Sequence record: MK799832.1
DNA length: 64,000 nt
Reading direction: 5' to 3' (one strand)
The position numbers were made by a program, and so were the translations under genes. Below the pieces are notes generated by a model. The model was not told the DNA's origin. It did no database searches and saw only the letters and a program-made list of their open reading frames with translations. Below are positions 47,577-56,111 of the stretch, in pieces (the first letter of the stretch is position 1; each line of letters starts with the position of its first letter).

Positions 47577-47782
47577 CAACGTTTATTAATTATGCCACAG
47601 CCTTTTGGTCTGTGGTAGTGATGAATTGTATTCAACCAGTCAATTGGGACAATTGTAAAAATCTAGACGAGTGGTTGATACCAGGTATTCAAGAGGGGAT
47701 TCATCTTTATATGAACCCCTCTTCGATCTATGAAAACGAAAGAGAATACCTCGAAGACATAAATAAAGATAAGAAAAAGTAA
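47573..47782 (+). CDS. Small hypothetical protein
   Basis: MTTFINYATAFWSVVVMNCIQPVNWDNC. Confidence 0.6.
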   Translation: MTTFINYATAFWSVVVMNCIQPVNWDNCKNLDEWLIPGIQEGIHLYMNPSSIYENEREYLEDINKDKKK

Positions 47783-47793
47783 TTTGTAAAAAG

Positions 47794-49011
47794 ATGTCTT
47801 CATCAATGCGTAACTTTATGGAAGCATATGCTGCTGTCCATAACACCGAAGCAAAAGAAGAATTGACTTCTGTAAGGGATGAGATCTCTGAGATGAATCT
47901 CTCTGCTTTGACTGACACTGATCTTGATGAAATTGTAGAGAGTGTTCTGGAAGAGATGTTCCAGAAAGGTTACTCAGTAGATTCTGCACATACAATCTTC
48001 AGTGAGATGTTCGTTGAGTCGAGCATTGCTGGTAGACAGGCAAAGATTGACAGACTGTGTGAGTCCCTGAACAAAGCATTTGATGTAATTGATTCTAAGG
48101 CATCTACAATTGCTCTAGAGGAGTTTGGGAAGTACAGATATAATAAGAGACTTCAGGAGTCTTGGTCAGCAAGATTCAACCAAGAGAAAAGAGTTCAAAG
48201 AACTCATGGTCAGTTGGTTGCACAAGAGTCACTGAATGTCAAGACTCTTCTCCTTCAGTTGGTTGAGAAGGCTGACAAGTCATATCTGGAGACAGATATG
48301 AAGAAGAGGCAGGAGAACAACGAGAAGGCTCGTAAGGATATGGAGAAGATGGGTTCTAAGATGAAGAACCCACACTTCGAAGAAGTATCACAAATCCGTA
48401 AGGGTTGGGGTGATGCATATGCATCTATCTATGAGAAGAAACTTGACCCCGTAGGTAAGGAAGATGGTGATGTAGATAATGATGGTGACGAGGATTCTTC
48501 AGACGAGTATCTGATGAAGCGCCGTAAGGCCATTGGTAAGGCAATGGGTAAGAAGAAAGAGAAAGTTGAAGAGGTCTATAAGGGCAAACACGGTCAGTCT
48601 GACAAAGAGTATGCCGATTCTCGTTCTCAGGGTGGTAAGATGATCTCTGGTGACTCTAAGCAATCAGGTGCTGAATACACCCATGGTCGCAGAGTCAAGG
48701 CAGCAAACCCTGGTATGCAACCTGATGTAGGTGGCAAGACCAAACCCAAGTCTCAGGGTAAGATGGATAGAGGTACTCGTGCTGACCTTGAGTATCGTAA
48801 AGCGAATCTGACGAAGAAAGAGGAGTATGAAGTTACCATGGCTGACAAGAAGGGTAACACCAAAGCATATCAGAACTACAAAGCTGGTATGAAGAATGTT
48901 AAGACTGGTAAACCACTGTATAAGGCTGGTAAAGGTGTTGAGGAATCAGTTAAGTTCTCTGAAGCTGAACTGAAGGCGATTGAAGAGAAGGTAAATAGTT
49001 GGGAAGACTGA
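47794..49011 (+). CDS. Charged late protein, putative capsid-internal/scaffold-like
   Basis: ATAAATA upstream; MRNFMEAY; LDPVGKEDGDVDNDGD; many L/V/F-x-E sites. Confidence 0.65.
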   Translation: MSSSMRNFMEAYAAVHNTEAKEELTSVRDEISEMNLSALTDTDLDEIVESVLEEMFQKGYSVDSAHTIFSEMFVESSIAGRQAKIDRLCESLNKAFDVIDSKASTIALEEFGKYRYNKRLQESWSARFNQEKRVQRTHGQLVAQESLNVKTLLLQLVEKADKSYLETDMKKRQENNEKARKDMEKMGSKMKNPHFEEVSQIRKGWGDAYASIYEKKLDPVGKEDGDVDNDGDEDSSDEYLMKRRKAIGKAMGKKKEKVEEVYKGKHGQSDKEYADSRSQGGKMISGDSKQSGAEYTHGRRVKAANPGMQPDVGGKTKPKSQGKMDRGTRADLEYRKANLTKKEEYEVTMADKKGNTKAYQNYKAGMKNVKTGKPLYKAGKGVEESVKFSEAELKAIEEKVNSWED

Positions 49012-49022
49012 TATAGGGTCTG

Positions 49023-51086
49023 ATGGACGTTTTTAAATATCTGAAAAAGGCTGACACCTTCCTCAAGGAGGGTGCAGCTGATGATGCCCGTGAGATGGGT
49101 CTGGAATATGCTGGTTATGGAAAGTGGAAAGATCCTAAGACTGGTCAGGTCACACATAAAAGTGAGGTTGTTGGGAAGGGACAGACTAAACTTGTTCAAC
49201 TGACTCAACCTGAACAACCTAAATCACAAGAACCACAACAAGCCCAAGAACCAAAAACCCTTTCTGATTTTAGAAAGGACGCACCAAAACCAGAACAACA
49301 AGCCACTGCATCTGTTACTGACCAGATGGGTAGAGTTGTTCCTGGTGGTCCTACTTCTACGTCCGTTGAGAATGGTGATGTAAAAGAAGTAGAGAAAGGA
49401 TTGATGCGTGGTCGTGGTGATGCCATGAGCCCAAGTAGAAAGAATCAGATCAAACATCAAGCACAAGATATCATTGCACAATTAAAGACGGAGAAAGAAG
49501 CAGAAGCTGCTGCACTGGCTGATATTGAAGCACAATCAGCAGCTGATGCAGAAAAGAGAAATGCCGAGATCCAGGCACTGAATGATGCCGAGGCAGAACA
49601 GATAGATGTTGAAGATTATAAAACTCTTGATGATGCTGTAGCAGAAACTCAGGATGAGATTGATTATGCTAATGATGATGATGCATTTGATAGTGAATAT
49701 GAGGAGTTCACTAAAGAAGCTGAGACCATGATGAAGACTCTGGCTGATCGTCAGAGAAAGATGATGGAGAAGAAGTTCGCAAAGTTCCAAGAATCTTTGT
49801 CAACTATTCCAAGTGCAACTGACAAGAGATCCTTCCTTCAGTCAATGGCTCATGCAAAGACGTTTGAAGGAAGAGTGAATGCTGGTGCAGGTAAGAATAA
49901 CCTAGGATATGCCGATGTTCAAAACCTCATGGCAAACCGTGATCGTTTGATGGAGGGATATGGTGATGGATCACCAGAACAGATCAAAAAGTTTGTTGAT
50001 TCGGTAAGATCTAACAAAGTATCAGATGAGTTTATCGATGCTTCCTTTGATATTCTTCCAGATGCATTCAAGAAATCTTTGAGTGGTAAGGGTCAGGTTA
50101 CCAATGATAAGTATGTGTCAGATGATAAGGCACATAAGGACATGCACTATCTTGGTAGAAATGAAGATGGGACAGTAAGACGAGGTGCAGCTAATAATAA
50201 GGATAGAGCAAAGTTGATGTGGCGTATCTACCTTGAACAAGGTGGTCGTGATGCATATACTGGTCTTCCTCTTGATCTTCAAGCCATGGACTTAGAACAC
50301 GTTCGTGGTTTTAACAATAAAGATGGTGGTGCACCAGGTAAAGAAGAGTGGGAACAGAGAGAAAATGATGATAACTTTACCCTGATCAACTCTAATATCA
50401 ACCAGAAGAAAGTTGATATGTCTATGAAAGACTTCTTTGAGAGAGAAGTTGATGTTCATAAAGATAAATCAGAGGAAGATTTTGGTGGTATCGAGAAGTT
50501 GTTTGAGAAACAAAACCAAATCGGTGATGTAGGTGATCAACTTGTAAAGACACTTCTTGGTGAGGGTGGTAAGGGTCTTGGTGACGGAGTTACTAGAGAA
50601 ATCTTACAAGAACACTTCGGTGAAGACGATGGTAGATACACAAGTCTAAGAGACGAGTTCCGTAAAGTTGCAACCGATCCAAAGGATAAGAAGAAAGCAA
50701 ATGGTATGAAGTCGAAACTTGGTAAACAATTACTTAAAGCAACAGGATTAAGTAGAGGTATCACTGATAAATCAGGTAGAAGAACAGTAGCACTTCAGGA
50801 AAATGTATACCGTGGGTTTCTACAGTCCATGGCTAATGCAAAACCAGCAGATAGACAGAGATATATGGATGGTTGGGCAGAAGCTATTTCTGCAGGAAAT
50901 GAAGCAAGAGAACCAAAGGCTGTCAACAAAAAGTTAATTGAACTTGGTCTTATCGATCAGGATATTCTTGACGATAAGAAGGCTGGTAAGGTCTTCAAGG
51001 AGGAGTATGAGACAGTCAAAAGAGTGTCCACTTCTTATGGAAAGTCATTTATTTCCAAGTATAATAAGAACACCAGGTTCTTCTAA
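49023..51086 (+). CDS. Large protein with a C-terminal HNH-like endonuclease domain
   Basis: GRDAYTGLPLD...MDLEHV...NFTLINSNINQKK (beta-beta-alpha-Me); N-terminal GL..xGxGxWxD module. Confidence 0.7.
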   Translation: MDVFKYLKKADTFLKEGAADDAREMGLEYAGYGKWKDPKTGQVTHKSEVVGKGQTKLVQLTQPEQPKSQEPQQAQEPKTLSDFRKDAPKPEQQATASVTDQMGRVVPGGPTSTSVENGDVKEVEKGLMRGRGDAMSPSRKNQIKHQAQDIIAQLKTEKEAEAAALADIEAQSAADAEKRNAEIQALNDAEAEQIDVEDYKTLDDAVAETQDEIDYANDDDAFDSEYEEFTKEAETMMKTLADRQRKMMEKKFAKFQESLSTIPSATDKRSFLQSMAHAKTFEGRVNAGAGKNNLGYADVQNLMANRDRLMEGYGDGSPEQIKKFVDSVRSNKVSDEFIDASFDILPDAFKKSLSGKGQVTNDKYVSDDKAHKDMHYLGRNEDGTVRRGAANNKDRAKLMWRIYLEQGGRDAYTGLPLDLQAMDLEHVRGFNNKDGGAPGKEEWEQRENDDNFTLINSNINQKKVDMSMKDFFEREVDVHKDKSEEDFGGIEKLFEKQNQIGDVGDQLVKTLLGEGGKGLGDGVTREILQEHFGEDDGRYTSLRDEFRKVATDPKDKKKANGMKSKLGKQLLKATGLSRGITDKSGRRTVALQENVYRGFLQSMANAKPADRQRYMDGWAEAISAGNEAREPKAVNKKLIELGLIDQDILDDKKAGKVFKEEYETVKRVSTSYGKSFISKYNKNTRFF

Positions 51087-51113
51087 TAAATAAAATATAA
51101 GGTATTGATAGAA

Positions 51114-52412
51114 ATGAAGAGTTTCTTAAATTTCTTTTCTGAAGCAAGACAGACTAAGGCTTCCACTAAGGCGAAGCAGCTTGGTCTGACTGGTGATGGT
51201 CAGGGAAACTGGGTTGATAAGGCTGGTAATATTGTTGCTAGAACAGAAGCTGGTGAACTGAGATTCACTGATAGAAAGGGTGGTGCAGAAAGACAGGAGA
51301 CAGGTAAGGCTGCACAATACAAAACTCCAGAACAGCAAACACAGAAGAGAACTGCACAACCTGAAGTAGAAGGTGGCAAGAGACAGAGTGGTGGAGAGGA
51401 AGAAGGAAACGAAGTAACGGGTGGAGATAAGACTGGTGAGACACTGACACTAGTGTTTGGTAGATTTAATCCCCCTACCACTGGTCATAAGAAACTTCTT
51501 GATGCTTCTGCTCAAGTTGCTGGTGATGGTGATCTTAGAATCTACCCTTCAAGATCAAATGACCCCAAGAAGAATCCATTAGAACCAGGTCAGAAGACTG
51601 ATTTGATGAAGAAGATGTTCCCCGATCATGAGGAATCAATCATCAATGATGAGAGTGTGAAGACTATCTTTGATGCACTTAAGATTGCTTCAGGTGAGGG
51701 ATACTCAAACATCAAGATCGTTGTAGGTTCTGATAGAGTTGGTGAGTTTGACAACCTGGCTCAGAAATACAATGGTGACCTGTATGATTTCGATGAGATT
51801 GAGACTATTTCAGCAGGTCAGAGAGAGGATGATGCAGAAGGTGTAGCTGGTATGTCTGCATCTAAGATGAGAAAGGCTGCAGCAGAAGGTGACTTTGATA
51901 CATTCAGATCAGGTGTTCCTGATAACATTGACGACGCAACTGCTAAGTCAATCATGACTACAGTTCGTAAGGCAATGAATGTTGAGGAGGGTTGGTCACT
52001 TTGGCAGATTGCTCCCAAGTTTGACTGGAAGAATCTTCGTGAAAACTATGTGACTGGTAAGATCTTTAAGATTAATCAATTGGTAGAAAACTTAAACACT
52101 GGATTGGTCGGTAAGATTGTTCGTAGAGGAACTAATTATCTGATCTGTGTTACCGAAGAAGATATCATGTTCAAGTCTTGGATTCGTGATCTTCGTGAGT
52201 ATAATGAAGTCAAGATGGATCGTAAGATGAGACTTCCTAAGAAACCAAACACTCTGACTGGCACGACAGGATACTTCAAACATGTTGCTGACATGACACC
52301 AGGATTTGAAAAGGGAGATAAGACAAACCTTCAAGACGGTGGTAAGCCATACAAAGGACCTAAATCAAATTTCAGAGAATTTCTAAATAACTACAAGAAA
52401 AAGAGTATCTAA
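51114..52412 (+). CDS. HIGH-superfamily nucleotidyltransferase (phage cytidyltransferase-like)
   Basis: FGRFNPPTTGH, KNPL, VGSDR, SASKMR; ATAAATA at 51086; start MKSFLNFFSEA. Confidence 0.8.
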   Translation: MKSFLNFFSEARQTKASTKAKQLGLTGDGQGNWVDKAGNIVARTEAGELRFTDRKGGAERQETGKAAQYKTPEQQTQKRTAQPEVEGGKRQSGGEEEGNEVTGGDKTGETLTLVFGRFNPPTTGHKKLLDASAQVAGDGDLRIYPSRSNDPKKNPLEPGQKTDLMKKMFPDHEESIINDESVKTIFDALKIASGEGYSNIKIVVGSDRVGEFDNLAQKYNGDLYDFDEIETISAGQREDDAEGVAGMSASKMRKAAAEGDFDTFRSGVPDNIDDATAKSIMTTVRKAMNVEEGWSLWQIAPKFDWKNLRENYVTGKIFKINQLVENLNTGLVGKIVRRGTNYLICVTEEDIMFKSWIRDLREYNEVKMDRKMRLPKKPNTLTGTTGYFKHVADMTPGFEKGDKTNLQDGGKPYKGPKSNFREFLNNYKKKSI

Positions 52413-52421
52413 TCTAGTAAC

Positions 52422-53231
52422 ATGAAGAGAAATAAATTTTCTAATTGGAGAGAGGATCTCAGAGAGGTTGTAGATGTTCCTTCCTCAGAACCAAAGACTG
52501 ATAAGAAGTCTGAGAGAAAGATTGATACGAAAGAAGTAAAGAACAAGATCGTCATCAACCCACAGATGACAGAAGCATTCGACGAGATTGGTGCAACAAT
52601 TCTTGAAGTCACAGAACTTGACGAGAAGTTAAGTGCTGAAGATCTCAAACGTATGCAAGATGAGAAGGACAAGAAAGAAGGTAGAAAGCCTGGTAAGGTA
52701 GAAGAGAATCTTGAAGCACTCATGATGAGAAGGGCTAAGAAAGAAGCCGATATTGCAAAGACTGATATGAAGATTGCGAAGGAGAGAAAGAAGAGTGCCC
52801 AGTCTCCAACACAAGTTCAGGAAAGAACCCTTTCTTCTGATGAGAAAGAGGAGAAAGAAAGAATTGTAAAGGGCATGAAGAAGTCCAAGGGTGGTTTTGA
52901 AAAGAGATATGGTGATGATGCCAAGTCTGTAATGTATGCTACTGCAACTAAACTTGCCAAGGAAGAAAGAAATCCAGAAGTAGAAGCACAGGGTAAGAAG
53001 GTTGCTGGGTATGAAAAGGAAGGAAAGTATAAGGGAATAGTTGACAAGTTCCGCAAAGAAAATCCAGGGTCACGTCAACCTAAACAAGAACGTGGATCAA
53101 AACCTTCTGAGGGTGATCGTCAAGCAGCACAACGTTCCTTCCGTAATAAACTTCAGTCTAAGTACGGTCGGACTAAAGCTCAAGAAAGAGAAACAAAAAT
53201 TATGTCAAAACATACCTCAGCAAGAGACTGA
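52422..53231 (+). CDS. Highly charged hypothetical late protein
   Basis: KFSNWREDL; RYGDDAKSVMYATATKLAKEE. Confidence 0.65.
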   Translation: MKRNKFSNWREDLREVVDVPSSEPKTDKKSERKIDTKEVKNKIVINPQMTEAFDEIGATILEVTELDEKLSAEDLKRMQDEKDKKEGRKPGKVEENLEALMMRRAKKEADIAKTDMKIAKERKKSAQSPTQVQERTLSSDEKEEKERIVKGMKKSKGGFEKRYGDDAKSVMYATATKLAKEERNPEVEAQGKKVAGYEKEGKYKGIVDKFRKENPGSRQPKQERGSKPSEGDRQAAQRSFRNKLQSKYGRTKAQERETKIMSKHTSARD

Positions 53232-53262
53232 TTCCTATATAAGATAGTACTAGGTATTCACC

Positions 53263-53463
53263 ATGCTATCATTTTTACTTCCATTTGCATCAAAGATTAT
53301 TTCTGATGCGGTTGCAAAGATTCCTGAGAATGAAGAACTGGGTGAGAAACTGATTGATGTTTGTTTGGTAATTCTTGGTAAAGCAGTTAAACTTACTAAG
53401 ACAGATATGGATGATGAACTTCTTGAGGTAGTTGCAAAGGCAATTAAAACCAGAGAAGAATGA
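53263..53463 (+). CDS. Small conserved helical protein
   Basis: MLSFLLPFASKIISDAVAKIP...LTKTDMDDELL. Confidence 0.7.
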   Translation: MLSFLLPFASKIISDAVAKIPENEELGEKLIDVCLVILGKAVKLTKTDMDDELLEVVAKAIKTREE

Positions 53464-53469
53464 TATAAC

Positions 53470-53503
53470 GGAGACATTCTTGTCTCCTATTTTTTTATAA
53501 ATA
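53470..53503 (+). terminator. Intrinsic terminator overlapping a late promoter
   Basis: GGAGACA-TTCT-TGTCTCC plus T run; TATAAATA at 53496-53503. Confidence 0.75.
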
Positions 53504-53537
53504 TTTGAAAGAAAGTAACTTTACAAGGGCACAAGAC

Positions 53538-54065
53538 ATGGCACTTTGGGGAAACAACGACAATGTGGGATCTGCAGGTACAGTTTCCCTGAACTACTCT
53601 ACAGGAGTTGTCACTGGTTCTGGCACATCATTTGGTATTGATGGTGGTTGTGCAGAGGGTGATGTAATTCGCTTTGGTACTAGAGGTAGTGGAAACACAT
53701 ATTATGGTGATGCTGTTATTGTAAGTATCGCTAACTCTGAATCACTGACCATCGGTTCAACCATGGGTCTGAGTGGTGCAGCTATTGCTGGTGCAAACTT
53801 CACCGTATCTCAACTTCCTAAGTCATCTGTACTCAATTCTGTTTACAGTGAAGCATCATATGGTACACCTGACTCACTGGTATATGGTGTAAACACTCAA
53901 GGTGAAGGTATCACCTCAAACACTGAGTACTCTGTAACTCATGAAGGTTGGGTTGGTGTTACAACCTATCTTGACAACCTTGGTAATCTGAGAGTCAAGA
54001 AAGAGACTCTGGTTGCTATGTCTGGTATTACAACTGGTGGTATTGACTACCCTACTGCTGAATGA
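53538..54065 (+). CDS. Virion structural protein (tail fibre/decoration-like)
   Basis: MALWGNND, HEGWVGVTTY, RVKKETLVAMS; late promoter upstream. Confidence 0.7.
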   Translation: MALWGNNDNVGSAGTVSLNYSTGVVTGSGTSFGIDGGCAEGDVIRFGTRGSGNTYYGDAVIVSIANSESLTIGSTMGLSGAAIAGANFTVSQLPKSSVLNSVYSEASYGTPDSLVYGVNTQGEGITSNTEYSVTHEGWVGVTTYLDNLGNLRVKKETLVAMSGITTGGIDYPTAE

Positions 54066-54068
54066 TAA

Positions 54069-54449
54069 ATGCTTTTTAATGAATTGAATGAGGAGAACTT
54101 CCTCATCTTCGCGATTAAAAATTATGAGAATCCCCAAGCCGTTACAAGGGAGGATTTTGATAAAGATCTGAGTCGATTCAGATACATCAAAAGACTCCTT
54201 AAACGGTATAAGACAAGTGGTGATTTAAAGGTTCATCTTTTAATAAATCATTTCATCATTCTGTATAATATTTTTGGTGACGCAACAACACCAATGTTGT
54301 TCTACAAAATCGATAAGAGTTTGTGGTCTCCAATAAAAACATTTGTTGTGTTCTTGGATAAGTTGCCAGACTATCCAAAAAGTTACATACATGATATTGA
54401 ATTAGATCAAACATGCTTAGATGCTCTAAAAGGTATTTCTAATGGATAA
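54069..54449 (+). CDS. Conserved T4-like hypothetical protein
   Basis: AIKNYENP, DLSRFRYIKRLL, LLINHFIILYNIFG. Confidence 0.75.
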   Translation: MLFNELNEENFLIFAIKNYENPQAVTREDFDKDLSRFRYIKRLLKRYKTSGDLKVHLLINHFIILYNIFGDATTPMLFYKIDKSLWSPIKTFVVFLDKLPDYPKSYIHDIELDQTCLDALKGISNG

Positions 54450-54750
54450 GGACAAGATTGACAGGTTTGTAGATGCATTTCGTACAGCAATGTATAATGA
54501 GTTCAGTGTCAATGAGGAAGGCATGGTGGCAAATCCTCCTGGGGGATCTGGTGGATTTAGTGGCTCCTCCCCTGCTGCTGGTCCTACTGCTGGTTATGAT
54601 CCCACCCTTAAATTAGATGGTCGTAATAAGTATGTGAAGAAGGCGATTAAAGACCTGATGGACAGGCAACAGAAGAGAAAGGATAAGAAGGCTAAGAAAA
54701 AGGCGTTGGAATTCAATCCATATTTTAAGCCCCATGGACAATCAAATTAA
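54442..54750 (+). CDS. Hypothetical protein
   Basis: Coupled ORF; PTAGYDP motif. Confidence 0.6.
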   Translation: MDKDKIDRFVDAFRTAMYNEFSVNEEGMVANPPGGSGGFSGSSPAAGPTAGYDPTLKLDGRNKYVKKAIKDLMDRQQKRKDKKAKKKALEFNPYFKPHGQSN

Positions 54751-55117
54751 GATTGCAGTACTAGAACAAAAGATAGAGGACTTAAAACCAATTGTCCTCC
54801 GTATCGACGCAGCAATCGAAAAATTATCTGAAGTAAATACTACTGTAAGTAGGATGCTTGCAGTACATGAAGAACGTATATCGAAACAAGAAGAAATCGA
54901 CACAGTACTCTTTGCTAAAATTGACAAACTCCGTGATAAAATGGACGGGGATCATGACATCGTATTGCAACGAATACGTGGACTAGAGAAGAGGGTCTGG
55001 ATGGCTGTAGGTGGTCTTGCTGTCCTATCGATAGGTATGAGGGTCATGACAGCCTTCCCACAACTCTTGACAGGACCCACAGAAGTCTCTACAATAGAAA
55101 CGAGTTATACTAGGTGA
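54734..55117 (+). CDS. Coiled-coil protein with a C-terminal transmembrane helix
   Basis: LAVHEERI coiled coil; WMAVGGLAVLSIGM hydrophobic segment. Confidence 0.65.
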   Translation: MDNQIKIAVLEQKIEDLKPIVLRIDAAIEKLSEVNTTVSRMLAVHEERISKQEEIDTVLFAKIDKLRDKMDGDHDIVLQRIRGLEKRVWMAVGGLAVLSIGMRVMTAFPQLLTGPTEVSTIETSYTR

Positions 55118-55118
55118 T

Positions 55119-56111
55119 ATGGATTTTATTGATGTAAAGTACATCAATCTGATTTCCTCACGACTACCAAAGTTCAAAAAGGTAAAACCACATCTGTACA
55201 ACTTCCGTTGTCCTATCTGTGGTGACAGTCAGAAGCAGAAGAATAAGGCACGAGGGTATCTGTATCGCGTAAAGAACAATACCAACTACAAGTGTCACAA
55301 TTGTGGTATCAGTATTTCCTTCAATAGTTTCTTGAAGGAACTTGACCCAGAGACACACAAGGAGTATGTGTTCGAAAAGTTTAAGGATGGGAAGAGTGGT
55401 AAGAATTTTCAGACAGAAAATCCAGAAGACATCTTTAAGAAGTTAGAGACATCTAAACCCGTCTTCAAAGAAAAGATTAAGATTGATTTACCTGATGCAT
55501 TCAGTGTAGGTATTTCTAAGAGATACCTCATGGATAGAGCAATCTTCAAGGGTGAGTATTACTATGCCGAGAACTTTCAGTCGTTTGTCAATAGTATCAA
55601 ACCAGGGTCATTTGATAACCCAAAGTATGGTGAACAGAGGATTGTGATACCTCTTGTCAGGGATAACAAACTGATAGGTGTGCAGGGTAGAGCACTGTCT
55701 ACAAACCCTATTAAATACTTAACCATCATGTTGGACGACGATGCACCCAAAGTTTACGGGATTGACACAATCGATAAGAAACTACCAGTCTATGTGGTCG
55801 AAGGACCCTTCGACAGCACTTTCATCAACAATAGTGTGGCTTTGTGTGGTAGTGATGGTGAAGTTAGTGATCTTGAAGGAAGCGACAAAGTTTTTGTATA
55901 CGATAATGAACCCCGTAATAAAGAAATTGTTGCTCGAATTGAACGATGTATTGAACGGGGAGAACGAGTTGTCATCTGGCCCTCCACCATCAGAGACAAA
56001 GACATAAATGACATGGTTCTATCTGGACATAAAGTTCAAGAGATAGTAGAATCAAACACATATAGTGGTTTACAAGCAAAACTCAAATTTACAACCTGGA
56101 AAAAGATATGA
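55119..56111 (+). CDS. g61: DNA primase gp61
   Basis: CPICG...CHNC zinc finger, QGR, VEGPFDS and YDNEPRN TOPRIM motifs. Confidence 0.95.
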   Translation: MDFIDVKYINLISSRLPKFKKVKPHLYNFRCPICGDSQKQKNKARGYLYRVKNNTNYKCHNCGISISFNSFLKELDPETHKEYVFEKFKDGKSGKNFQTENPEDIFKKLETSKPVFKEKIKIDLPDAFSVGISKRYLMDRAIFKGEYYYAENFQSFVNSIKPGSFDNPKYGEQRIVIPLVRDNKLIGVQGRALSTNPIKYLTIMLDDDAPKVYGIDTIDKKLPVYVVEGPFDSTFINNSVALCGSDGEVSDLEGSDKVFVYDNEPRNKEIVARIERCIERGERVVIWPSTIRDKDINDMVLSGHKVQEIVESNTYSGLQAKLKFTTWKKI

